A stretch of 64,000 bases of DNA from Erythrobacteraceae bacterium (GTDB lineage Bacteria > Pseudomonadota > Alphaproteobacteria > Sphingomonadales > Sphingomonadaceae): contig JAIYAL010000042.1 in NCBI GenBank assembly GCA_027489095.1, forward strand, positions 8,153 through 72,152, in the 5' to 3' direction. The notes beneath the pieces were generated by a model. That model made no database searches. It worked only from the letters and a program-made list of their open reading frames with translations, and was not told the DNA's origin. The position numbers were made by a program, and so were the translations under genes. Of the stretch, positions 46,938-57,000 are shown piece by piece. The first letter of the stretch is position 1, and each line of letters starts with the position of its first letter.

Positions 46938-48908
46938 TCAGGGCGTGACGATGTCGAAGCCGTGCGGCATCGGATCGAGGCTGTCTATCAGCGATTGAAG
47001 CGCGGCTTTGTCGCCTTCGATGGTCACGCCTTCCATGCCGCTCACCACGCTCACCGGCATCTTGACGAACAGCAGCGCGAGCAGCGCGCGCCGAGGCCCG
47101 CGCAAGGTCACGTCTGCCTTCGCTGAAAGCGCGCCGACCCGGCCGATGATCGCCTGTTCGCCGACTTCGACAACCGCCTGCTCCTTGCGATCAGTGAGGT
47201 CGATCGCGACCGTGTAATTGCGACGACCGGGCCGCTCGGGCGCAAACAGGGTCGCGGCGGAATCCAGCAGTTCCTGCGTCGAAAGCGCGGCGATCAGGTC
47301 ATTGCTCTGCGCCGCGTTGCGATCCACCCGCCCGCTCCTCAGCTCGCTCGCCGCGGCGATGAACTGGTTGCGCCAGATCGCGCTTTCGGACTGGTAGCCC
47401 TGTTGTTCGTAACTGCCCGCAAGCATCGCCTTGGCTTTGGCATTGGTGGGATCGGCGAAGACGAGGTTCTGGAGCAAGTCCGACGACCAGCGATAGTCGC
47501 CCGCCGCCATCGCATTCTCGGCCAGCGCCAGCGTCCGGTCTGCGCCGCCCAGCGCGTCGATCAGCTTCACGGCGCGCTCGACAGGCGGGTAGGGGTGAAG
47601 GTTGGCCGGGACCGCATCATACCAGCCCAGATAGAACTGGTAGATCGCCTTCGCGTTGTGACTGATCGTGCCGTAATAGCCGCGCGTCGACCACTCCTTG
47701 GCGTTGCCCGGCGGGGGCGATTTCTCGAGCGCCTCGGCAATCTCGACCATCGTCTCGCCGCGGTTCATCCGGCGCACGGTCTGATCGTGGAGCCAGCGGT
47801 AATTGTCGCGCTGCGCGGAAAGCCACGCAGTCCCTTCGGCCCGCCCGAACACCGGCCAGCAATGGCTCGAGATCACCGCATTGCTCTCGGGCGCATAGCG
47901 GGTCGCCGCTTCGTCGAGATAGCGCGCCCATGCCCGCGCATCGCGCACCTTGGCGCCGCGCGGCGTGAGGATGTTGTGCAGGCTGCAGGTCGCGATCTCG
48001 GCGGCGAGGAAGGTTTTTTCCGGCTTCACGAAGACGTTGAATTCCGCCGGGGCCTCGGTGCCCGAGACGATCTGGAATTCAAGCGTGACGCCATCGACCA
48101 CGCGGGTATCGCCGGTTTTGGCGACCGTGTCGGTCGGCGGGATCAGCGACAGCGTGCCCGCCGAAATACCCATGCCGATGCCGCTGCCCATCTGGCCCTT
48201 GGCGCCGGGCGAAAGGCCGGTGCCAAACTGGTAGGCCGCGCGCCGCAACATCGCGCCCCCGGCCATCACGTTCTCCGAGGTGGCTTCCTCCATGAAGCCC
48301 GCCGGGGCGATGATCGCGACTGTCCCGGCCTTGACCGCCGCTTCGTCCACGACGCCCTTGACCCCGCCGAAATGGTCGCCGTGGCTGTGCGAATAGATCA
48401 CCGCACTCACCGGGCGCGTGCCGAGGGTGGCGTTGACCAGCTCCATCGCCGCCTTGGCCGTTTCGGTGCCGGTCAGCGGGTCAATCACGATCCAGCCGCT
48501 TGTGCCGCGGATGATTGTCATGTTGGAGACATCGAAGCCGCGGACCTGCCACACGTTCGGCGTGACCTTGAAGAGGCCGTGGTGCTTGAGGTGGCTCATG
48601 TGGCGCCACAGGCTGGGGTTTACCGTAAGGGGCGCCGCGCCGGTGACGAAGGCATAGGCGTCGAGGTTCCACACGGGCTTGCCTGCCGCATTGAGGATCA
48701 CCGGATCCTTCCTCGTGGCGAGGAAGCCGCGCTGCGAGTCCGCCGCATCGCGGGTGCCTTCGGGCGGAAGCTCCTTGATGATCGCCGCTTGCTCGGCGCG
48801 GGTGAAGCCGCTCGCACTGCCCTGATCTTGCGCCCGCACGTTGCTGGCAGCGCCCAGCATAGCGATAAGCCCGAGCGCCGCGCTCGCCCGCAATCCAGCC
48901 TTTGTCAT
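46938..48908 (-). CDS. Alkyl/aryl sulfatase (SdsA-type MBL fold)
   Basis: WQVRGFDVSNM, YSHSHGDHFGG, LHNILTPRGAKVRD, and an SCP2-like C-terminus. Confidence 0.9.
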   Translation of the reverse strand: MTKAGLRASAALGLIAMLGAASNVRAQDQGSASGFTRAEQAAIIKELPPEGTRDAADSQRGFLATRKDPVILNAAGKPVWNLDAYAFVTGAAPLTVNPSLWRHMSHLKHHGLFKVTPNVWQVRGFDVSNMTIIRGTSGWIVIDPLTGTETAKAAMELVNATLGTRPVSAVIYSHSHGDHFGGVKGVVDEAAVKAGTVAIIAPAGFMEEATSENVMAGGAMLRRAAYQFGTGLSPGAKGQMGSGIGMGISAGTLSLIPPTDTVAKTGDTRVVDGVTLEFQIVSGTEAPAEFNVFVKPEKTFLAAEIATCSLHNILTPRGAKVRDARAWARYLDEAATRYAPESNAVISSHCWPVFGRAEGTAWLSAQRDNYRWLHDQTVRRMNRGETMVEIAEALEKSPPPGNAKEWSTRGYYGTISHNAKAIYQFYLGWYDAVPANLHPYPPVERAVKLIDALGGADRTLALAENAMAAGDYRWSSDLLQNLVFADPTNAKAKAMLAGSYEQQGYQSESAIWRNQFIAAASELRSGRVDRNAAQSNDLIAALSTQELLDSAATLFAPERPGRRNYTVAIDLTDRKEQAVVEVGEQAIIGRVGALSAKADVTLRGPRRALLALLFVKMPVSVVSGMEGVTIEGDKAALQSLIDSLDPMPHGFDIVTP

Positions 48909-48992
48909 GTTTATGATCCCCTCTTCTCCCGCATCGGGTGATGCCCTGATGCCGGTTGCAATTCAAGACCGTGGCGGGGCAGGGCTTGGTTC

Positions 48993-49012
48993 AATCTGCA
49001 TACATTCAGATT
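48993..49012. promoter_or_regulatory. Inverted repeat, candidate operator
   Basis: AATCTG-N8-CAGATT in the AT-rich divergent region between the sulfatase and the IDH-like/ArsR pair. Confidence 0.35.
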
Positions 49013-49116
49013 ATGGAACGTTTGCGAGGAAAGATTGAATTATTCCGATGGCCGCCTTGCAGCTAACAGGCCGCCACCCGCTTCCCTTCCGCAGCGCCAA
49101 AGGGGCCTTCATCGTC

Positions 49117-50292
49117 ATGGACCAGAGCAGCGAACGACCTGGCCCGGTGCCGTCCGATGGCACCCGCGCTGCCCGCGTCCCGCGCGCGCCGGGGTTGGCG
49201 GTGGTGAGCGATCCCCTGCGGCTGGACAAAGGCGGCGATCCTATGCGGCAATCATGGAGCGCTTCGCTCGCCGACTTGCAAGGATGGCTAGGCATCGACA
49301 GCGCCTTCGTCCGCGCGTCTGACGCGGTCGCCCCGGTTTTCACGCCCTGGGCTGGTTGGAGCCCGGCCGCCTTCCAGAACGGCGGCTGCGCGGGGCTTCC
49401 CGAGGCGCAGTTCGTCGCCAGTTACTGCATTGACCACGCCCGCGGCGGCGGGAGCGATGTCATGCTGATCTCGCCGCACCCGATCACTTGCGCTGCCGGG
49501 CCGGACGATGTCGAGGGCGAGGGCGAGCGCGGGCGCGAGCTGGGCGGACTGCCGCGCACGGACGTGCTGGCGGCGATGATCCGTGCAGCAGCGGGCGAGG
49601 GTCGCAAGCGTCTCGCGATCATCGTCCATGCCCGTCACCGCGCCGCGCTCGTCGGCCTGCAACTCGCCGAGGACACGCGGCTCTGCCCGCCGGGGACTGC
49701 GCTCGACATTCTCGGCATCGAGGACGCGCTGCCGCAATTGATGCGCGCACAGCCAGCGTGGGACGCGGTCATCGCTCTGCCGGACCTGCGCGGCATTGTT
49801 TTCACCCTGCTGGCCGAGACCACCGGGGTGCGCGGGCCCTGGCCGATGCTGTGGTACGGCCGCGGGCGGGCTGGTCAGGCTGCGGGCAGGCTCCTGCGAG
49901 TGACCTGCGAAACGGACGGCAAGCTTGGGGGCGGTTCAGGCGGCACCCTGCCGCTCGACGCGCAGGCGCTTGTCCTAGCGCTGGCGCTGAGCTTGCGTGT
50001 GACTGGCCTGGAGACGGGCCTGGAAACTGGCGAACTGCGCGCGGCAGGGCGGCTCCAGACGGGCTGGGCGCGGCTGCGCGACCGCGGCGTCACCACCGCG
50101 CGCCGCGGGAGCGATGCGCCCTATGCGTGCGAGGTGCCGGAGGCCGAGTTCATCGCCCTGCTGTGCCGCGATGCTGCCGTCAGCCAGCGCCCGCATCACC
50201 CGGAGAGGCCGCTGGAAAACAGCCAAAAATCAGTTTATGCAAATCAAACCCCTGTCTTGCGGCTTGTATCTTCAAATCGCGCTGACCTTTGA
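49117..50292 (+). CDS. Degenerate isocitrate/isopropylmalate dehydrogenase-fold protein
   Basis: GRKRLAIIVH, IEDALPQLMRAQPAWDAVIALPDLRG, AQALVLALALSL and LQTGWARLRDRGVTT follow the IDH/IMDH C-terminal motif order, but catalytic residues are replaced. Confidence 0.6.
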   Translation: MDQSSERPGPVPSDGTRAARVPRAPGLAVVSDPLRLDKGGDPMRQSWSASLADLQGWLGIDSAFVRASDAVAPVFTPWAGWSPAAFQNGGCAGLPEAQFVASYCIDHARGGGSDVMLISPHPITCAAGPDDVEGEGERGRELGGLPRTDVLAAMIRAAAGEGRKRLAIIVHARHRAALVGLQLAEDTRLCPPGTALDILGIEDALPQLMRAQPAWDAVIALPDLRGIVFTLLAETTGVRGPWPMLWYGRGRAGQAAGRLLRVTCETDGKLGGGSGGTLPLDAQALVLALALSLRVTGLETGLETGELRAAGRLQTGWARLRDRGVTTARRGSDAPYACEVPEAEFIALLCRDAAVSQRPHHPERPLENSQKSVYANQTPVLRLVSSNRADL

Positions 50293-50310
50293 CATTAAAG
50301 AGGTATCTCA

Positions 50311-50679
50311 ATGCCGAGCCGCAAGATTGTTGCGAGTGAATTGGCGCACGTGCTGCGGCAGATATCCCATCCCGACCGCATCCGCCTGCTCCTGAAGCTT
50401 CAGTCGGGCGAGCAGACCGTCAACGAATTGGGCGACATCCTCGAAATCTCGCCGACCCGCGTCTCGCAGCATCTGGGCGTACTGCGCGCAGTGGCACTGG
50501 TCGAGACGACCACCCACGGGCAGAAGCGGGTCTATCGCCTTGCCCAGCCCGAGCTCGCGGTATGGCTGATCGAGGGGATCGACTTCATCGCCCATCGCCT
50601 GAGCCGCGCCACACCTGCCGATATCGAGCATGCCAAGCAGCTGTGGGAGGCCGAGGCGGCCGAACCGGTCGAAACCTGA
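50311..50679 (+). CDS. ArsR/SmtB-family regulator (no Cys)
   Basis: LRQISHPDRIRLL, VNEL and VSQHLGVLR...VYRL winged HTH. Confidence 0.9.
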   Translation: MPSRKIVASELAHVLRQISHPDRIRLLLKLQSGEQTVNELGDILEISPTRVSQHLGVLRAVALVETTTHGQKRVYRLAQPELAVWLIEGIDFIAHRLSRATPADIEHAKQLWEAEAAEPVET

Positions 50680-50701
50680 CGGCAAGCCGCGCGATGCTGC
50701 C

Positions 50702-51367
50702 TCAGCAGGCGTGCGCGGTGAGCATCTGGGAAGCGACTTCGGCGGCGTAGCGTTCTTCGACCGGCACCCAGCTTTGCGCTGCCTCGTCATAGGCGGAAAC
50801 CCCGCCGGTCTTGATGTCATAGACCCAGCCGTGCAGCTCAAGCGCCTTCTGCGCCAGCGCGACCGCCACCGTCGGGTGGGTCTTCAAATGCTGCAATTGC
50901 AGGATCACGTTCTGCTCCAGCAGCATCTTCATCTTGTTCTCGGGATCAAGATGCCCGCCCAGCGCCTCGGTGATGTCGACCGCGCCTTGCGCATAGCCGA
51001 GCCACTCGCGCACGTGCGGCAGGCTGGTCAGCGCGGCGCGGTTCATCGCCCCCTTCATCGCTCCGCATTGGGTATGACCGCAGATCACGATATTGGGGAT
51101 CTTGAGCGCGCCGATCGCGAATTCGATCGAGGCGGTCATGCCGCCGGTCTGATTGGTGTGCGGGGGGACAATATTGCCCGCGTTGCGGCAGATGAACAGC
51201 TCGCCCGGATCGGTCTGGGTCAGCATCGCGGTCTCGATCCGGCTGTCCGAGCAGGTGATGAACAGCGCCTCGGGGCTCTGCCCGGTGCTGAGCCGCTCGA
51301 ACAAGGCCTGCTTTTCGGGGAACACCTCGCGCTGGAACTTGACCACGCCTTCGGCGAAACGGGACAT
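50702..51367 (-). CDS. Beta-class carbonic anhydrase
   Basis: FITCSDSRI, RNAGN, ICGHTQCGAM and LHGWVYDI. Confidence 0.96.
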   Translation of the reverse strand: MSRFAEGVVKFQREVFPEKQALFERLSTGQSPEALFITCSDSRIETAMLTQTDPGELFICRNAGNIVPPHTNQTGGMTASIEFAIGALKIPNIVICGHTQCGAMKGAMNRAALTSLPHVREWLGYAQGAVDITEALGGHLDPENKMKMLLEQNVILQLQHLKTHPTVAVALAQKALELHGWVYDIKTGGVSAYDEAAQSWVPVEERYAAEVASQMLTAHAC

Positions 51368-51554
51368 GGGATGGGGTCCTTTCGATCGGCACTTGGCGTG
51401 TAAGACCTGCAAATCCACGCAGGTTATCAGGCTTGAAGGTATGGAAGGTGAGGCGCAGCGTCAAGCCGCGCCAGAGTGTTGCGCAAGGTCGCAGTGATTT
51501 GTCACACCTGCCGGCATCATGTACTTCGGTCGGCAGGGATGTGGGGGATTTGCG

Positions 51555-52676
51555 ATGAAGGTGATGATTTCGCTGGCGGCTGCTGTCTTGGCGGCGGGTG
51601 TTCCGATGCAGGCAGCGTCGGCACATGAATCGCCAGAACACGCGCTTGAGGAAGCCCGTGTTGCGGCCATGCGCGAGACGACGCTCGCCTTTCTCGCAAG
51701 TCTCGATGATGCCGGACGCGCCGCCGTGCAGGCGCGCCTGGATGACAACGAACGCCGCACCGCGTGGTCGAACCTGCCCGCCAATGCGGCGCCGCGATCA
51801 GGATTGACCGTGGCCGAGATGGACGCCGGGCAGCGTCAGGCGCTCCACGCGATGCTGGCGGCGGCCTTTTCCAGTCAGGGCTACCTGAAAACCGTAACCT
51901 CGATGTGGCACGAAGATGTGCTGCACGAGCTGACAGCCAAGGCACTGGGCGCCCTGCCTGACGGCGATCCGCGCAAGGTGCGGGGCATGGCTTTCCTCCC
52001 GAATTACGATAGCGAGAAGTTCTATCTGACGGTGTTCGGCGACCCCAAGGGCGCGAACTGGGGCTGGATGATGACCGGCCACCACTATGCCGCAAACTTC
52101 ACCGTGGCGGACGGACGGATTGCCTTCACGCCGCTGTTCCTCGGCGCCAATCCGCAGACCGTGACCGAAGGCCGGTACGCCGGCTGGCGGATCCTCCAGC
52201 ACGAGGCCGACCGTGCCTTGGCGCTGCTGGCCGCATTGAACCCGGCTCAGGCAAAGCAGGCCGTGGTGGCGGGCGAAGTCGACAATTCGGTGTTTGTGGG
52301 CAAGGGGCAGCAGGATCGCATCGGGGCCACGCCCAGGGGAATCGCCGCCTCCGCGCTCGATCCCGTGCAGCGCCAGCTGCTGCTCGCCGTGATCGACGAA
52401 TATCTCGGCGATGCTTCGGACGAGGCCGCAGCCCGCCAGCGCGCGGCGATTACCAAGGACGGGCCGGACAAGCTCTATTTCGCCTGGTGGGGGCCGACGA
52501 ACGATCCCAAGGCCCGCTATATGTTCCGCGTGGCTGGGCCCTCGATCATCATCGATTACGTGCGCGAAAGTTCGCCTGATGGGGGCTTCAATCACGTCCA
52601 TTCGATCGCCCGCGATCCCACAAACGATTACGGCGCGGGCTGGCTCGGTCAGCATTACAAGGAAGCGCACCAGTAA
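51555..52676 (+). CDS. Secreted DUF3500-family protein
   Basis: Signal peptide, WGWMMTGHHYAAN, YFAW and NHVHSIARDPTNDYG. Confidence 0.8.
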   Translation: MKVMISLAAAVLAAGVPMQAASAHESPEHALEEARVAAMRETTLAFLASLDDAGRAAVQARLDDNERRTAWSNLPANAAPRSGLTVAEMDAGQRQALHAMLAAAFSSQGYLKTVTSMWHEDVLHELTAKALGALPDGDPRKVRGMAFLPNYDSEKFYLTVFGDPKGANWGWMMTGHHYAANFTVADGRIAFTPLFLGANPQTVTEGRYAGWRILQHEADRALALLAALNPAQAKQAVVAGEVDNSVFVGKGQQDRIGATPRGIAASALDPVQRQLLLAVIDEYLGDASDEAAARQRAAITKDGPDKLYFAWWGPTNDPKARYMFRVAGPSIIIDYVRESSPDGGFNHVHSIARDPTNDYGAGWLGQHYKEAHQ

Positions 52677-52779
52677 GGGCTCAAAATCCCGCGCCCCCTC
52701 AATCTGCGCGGGTGACAGCTTGCCTATTGTGTGGTGTCAGGGGCCGCAATCACCCACCATGGACAGGGACGAGAGAGAC

Positions 52780-53946
52780 ATGAATTTCGAGCTCGATCAC
52801 GAACACCAGATGCTCAAGGAGCTGGTCGGCAAGTTCGTGCGCGATCAGCTGATGCCTTACGAGGCGGCCGTCATGGCCCGCGAGAACATCGGGCAGGGCA
52901 CCTATCTGACCCCCGAGGAAACCGCCAAGGTTGACGCCGTCAGCCGCGAACTGGGCCTGTGGGGCCTCGATGCGCCCGAGGAAGTGGGCGGCATGAACCT
53001 CCCCATGGTGGCGATGGTGGGGGTGAGCGAAGAGCTCGGCAAGACGGTGGTGCCTTACTACCTGCCGCCCGACAGCCCGAACCTGCGGATGCTGATGGTC
53101 GCAGCGGATGAACGCCAGCGCGAGGCTTACCTTGAACCCTATGTGCGCGGCGAAACCATCTCGGCGATCGGCATCTCGGAGCCGGGTGCTGGCGCGGACC
53201 CGCAGGGGATGCGCACCACCGCGGTCGAGGACGGGGACGACTGGATCATCAACGGCCGCAAGATCTGGATCACCAAGGGCGCCGAGGCCGATTTCACGAT
53301 CCTGATGGCGGTGACAGACAAGAACCCCAATGGCCGCAACGGGATGTCGGCCTTCCTTGTCGATCGTGACACCCCCGGCTTCAACGTGCTGCGCAAGATC
53401 CCGATGATCGATGGGACGGCGACTTACGAGATCGCGCTCGACGATTGCCGGGTGCCGGGCTGGAAGCTGCTGGGCAAGCGCGGGCAGGGCTTTGCGCCGA
53501 TGCAGGTGCGGCTTGGCACGCGGCGGATCGAGATGGCGTCCTGGTCAATCGGCATGGCGCAGCGCGCGCTGGAGATGATGATCGACTACGCCCCCCAGCG
53601 CACCACCTTCGGCAAGCCCCTGTCATCACGCCAGACGGTGCAGAACTGGATCGCGGACGCCGCCACCAAGATCCACGCGATGCGGTTGATGACCTATGAC
53701 TGCGCATGGAAGATCGACGAAGGCCGCGACACCCGCTCGGAAATCTCGATGATCAAGAGCTTCTGCACCGAGAGCGCCTACGAGATCGTCGATCACGCGA
53801 TGCAGCTGTTCGGCGGGATGGGCATGACCCGCGAACTGCCGCTTTACCTGATGAGCAACAAGCTGCGCACCATGCGCATCTATGACGGCCCGAGCGAGAT
53901 CCACAACTGGGTGGTCGCCCGCGCGCTGCTGGGGACTTACGAGTAA
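52780..53946 (+). CDS. Acyl-CoA dehydrogenase
   Basis: ISEPGAGAD, INGRKIWIT, FGKPLSSRQ, FGGMG and RIYDGPSEIH. Confidence 0.93.
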   Translation: MNFELDHEHQMLKELVGKFVRDQLMPYEAAVMARENIGQGTYLTPEETAKVDAVSRELGLWGLDAPEEVGGMNLPMVAMVGVSEELGKTVVPYYLPPDSPNLRMLMVAADERQREAYLEPYVRGETISAIGISEPGAGADPQGMRTTAVEDGDDWIINGRKIWITKGAEADFTILMAVTDKNPNGRNGMSAFLVDRDTPGFNVLRKIPMIDGTATYEIALDDCRVPGWKLLGKRGQGFAPMQVRLGTRRIEMASWSIGMAQRALEMMIDYAPQRTTFGKPLSSRQTVQNWIADAATKIHAMRLMTYDCAWKIDEGRDTRSEISMIKSFCTESAYEIVDHAMQLFGGMGMTRELPLYLMSNKLRTMRIYDGPSEIHNWVVARALLGTYE

Positions 53947-53956
53947 GGCTCCCCAG

Positions 53957-53981
53957 TCCCCCTCTCGCAGGCGGGAGGGGA
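53957..53981. repeat. REP-like palindrome
   Basis: TCCCCCTCTCGC-AG-GCGGGAGGGGA, similar to 11297-11322. Confidence 0.45.
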
Positions 53982-54010
53982 GCGACTGTCACTGCCCCCC
54001 GTATCTCCAC

Positions 54011-54053
54011 AAAAAGAAAAGGCCCGGCCACGCACAATGCGGGCCGGGCCTTT
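54011..54053 (-). terminator. Intrinsic terminator of the minus-strand TBDR
   Basis: 12-bp stem AAAGGCCCGGCC/GGCCGGGCCTTT followed on the minus strand by a T-rich run. Confidence 0.8.
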
Positions 54054-54076
54054 CTGCTTTGGGTCTGACCGTGTGA

Positions 54077-57000
54077 TCAGAAGCTTGCGGTTACCCCGAG
54101 GAAGAAGCTCCGGCCCATGCCCGAGACCGGATAAGCCGAGCTCGACAGGTAAGGAATCTCGTTGGTCACGTTGTTGATGCCCCCATAAATGGTGAAATCT
54201 TCAGTGGCATCGAGGTTGAAGGCGAGGTTGTGGATCCAGTAGTCCGGCGCGAAACCGGCCGGGCCGAATTCGAAGTTGATGCGCTCGATCTGGATCACCG
54301 AAGCGACTGCGGTCGATTCGATGTACTGCACGCCGTAGTTGAGGGTGAAGTCGCCGCGGTTCCACGTGGCGCTGCCGAAGCCCGTGAATTCCGGCGCTCC
54401 GGTTTCGCGCAGACCGGGGTTGGCAACATCCGGGCGGAGCGGATCGAAGAAGCGGTTGAGCCGCTCCGTCCAGTTGCCATTGACCGACAGGTTGAAGTTG
54501 TTCTGTCCGAAGCTGAAGGCGTAGTTCACCTGGGCATCGATACCGCGTGTATCGAGGCGGGCGAAGTTGATCGACGACTGCCGCAGGAAGTTGAAACCGA
54601 GGAAAGTCGGCGATCCCGCCGTCCGGTTACGGGTGAACAGGCCGCAGAAGCTGTTCGGGAAGGTCGGCAGATCGTAGCAGTTGTTGACGATGTCCTGCGC
54701 GGCCACGGCAGCAATCGCGTCTTCGATCTTGATCGAGTAGTAGTCCGCCGAAAGCGTCAGGCCCCGAATGAAGCGAGGCTGAATCACGCCGCCGACCGTG
54801 AAGGTGGTCGCGGTTTCTTCCTTGAGGTTCGGGTTGCCCCCCGCGAGCCCGGCGAAGCGTGCCGTCAGCGGGTCTTCGTAGCCCACCGGGATACCGTCGG
54901 CCCGGCAGTTGGCGAGCCGGTTCTGTGCGTTCGGATCGTTGTTGGCGATCAGCGAGTTGATCGAAGACTGGCTGCACGGGTCGGCCGGGCGGAAGAACGC
55001 CGTCGATTCCGGGGCGAACAGTTCGGAGATGTTGGGCGCGCGGATCGCCACGGAATAGGTGCCGCGGAAGCGGATGTCCGGGATCGGCGCCCAGACGCCG
55101 TTGGCGTTCCAGGTGAAAGCGCCCCCGACGGTCGAATAGTCGGCATAGCGGCCCGCGGCCCCCACGCTCAGCTCGTGGAAGAACGGCGTGTCGCTGAGGA
55201 TCGGCAGCATCACTTCGCCGAACACTTCGACCACATCAAACTGACCGCCCGCGTTCAGGTTGCGGGTCGCATCGAAGATCAGCGACTGGTTGGGCGAGAT
55301 GTTGCCGATGAAGGTGCCTGCCGGACCGGCGGGCGAGCCGGCCGGCAAGAGGCCGAGGACCAGCGGGTCAAGTTCGGTCTGCGACTTTTCCTTGCGGTAT
55401 TCCGCGCCGAGCGAGAACTGCACCGCGCCGCCCGGCAGGTTGAAGAACCCGCCGGTGTCGCCGCTGAGCAGGCCGGTGAAGACCAGCTGTTCGAGCCGTG
55501 CGCGGCTGGTGGTCGGGGTGGTGATCCACGCCGCTGCTTGCGGGCTCACCGAATTGGCGCCGCGGAACAGGTTGGCCGGTACGCAGCCGCTGTTGGCACC
55601 GGGCGTGAAGGTGAAGAAGCCGGACGCGATAACCGGGAAGGCATCCGAGCCCGGGGGGACTGCGCCAGGCGTGATGTTGGAACGGCAGGTCGGGCCGTTC
55701 GGGCCCTGCACCACATCAAGCGCGGCGAACAGGCGGTCATAGCGCACCGAGTTGCCGGTCGTGGTCTGATTGTCCGTCCGGCCATAGTTGCCGACCAGTT
55801 CGTAGCGCAGGTTCGGGGTGATTTCCCCGTCGACACCGCCGACGATGCGGTAGGTTTCGCGCTTGGACTTGGAGATGTTCGGCCCGAGATCGGAGAAGTC
55901 ACGGCTCACCAGCAGGCCGCCTGCCGCGTTCGCATCATTTTGCAGCACGGCGGGGATGAAAGGGTTCTGCGGCGAAATGAACAGCGTGTCGTAGAACGTA
56001 TTGTAGGCATTGCGGGTGGTGGTGTCGTTGCGGGCGTACTTTGCATCGACCCACACGCGCGCTGCGGTGGAGAACTCAAAGCTGGTGCGCAGGTTGCCGT
56101 AGATACGCTCTGAACCGGGGATCAGAGAGGCCTCGTTGACGCGCTCAACCGCGCCGTCACCACCGAACTGGTTGGCGGTACCGGCGATCAGGCCGTCATT
56201 GAACACCTTCACGTTGCCGTTGGCATCGGTGGTGTAGCACCCGCCGCCGCCGAACACGACGCGGCCGATATAGCTCTCGTTGCAATCCGCCGTGCCGTTG
56301 GTGTTGATGTCGAGCCCGGGGAAGCGGCTGAAGTCTGCACGGTAGATCACGCCCGACATGGACGAGATCGCGAAGCGCGCGTCAGGCCTGATCACGAAGA
56401 GCGGCGCGTTGGCTGCACGGTCCACCAGCGCCTGTTCGGCCGCAGTGATGCCGCCGGGGAACAGGGTGGCGATGTCCGCCGGGGTCGGGATGACCCCACC
56501 ATAGGGGAAGCGCCCGCTCGCCGGGGCGGAGCCGCCGATGCGGAAGCGGTTGGCGAAGTTGGGCATGGTCGATGCGTTGATGTCGCCGCGCTGGAAGCGC
56601 CGCAGCGGGTTCTGGTAGGTCGCCGAGTTGTTGCCGCGACCATTGTCACGCGTGAACTCGCGATCGCCGAACAGGAGTTCCTGGTCCTTGGTGTAGCCGG
56701 CCGCGAAGGTCACATTGCCGCGCCCGTCGGCAAAATTCTTGCCGTAGACGCCTTCGATCCGGGCCGACTGACCGTCACCCTGCGAAGAGATGCCCATTTG
56801 CCCGTTGAGGGTCAGGCCTTCGAAATCGCGCTTGAGGACGTAGTTGACCACGCCCGTCACCGCGTCCGCACCATAGACCGCCGAGGCGCCCCCGGTCAGC
56901 ACTTCGACCCGCTCGATCAGCGCGTTGGGAATGGTCGAGACGTCAACCGTCTGCGAGCCGGCAACGCCTGAAACATGGCGCCAGCCATCGATAAGCACCA

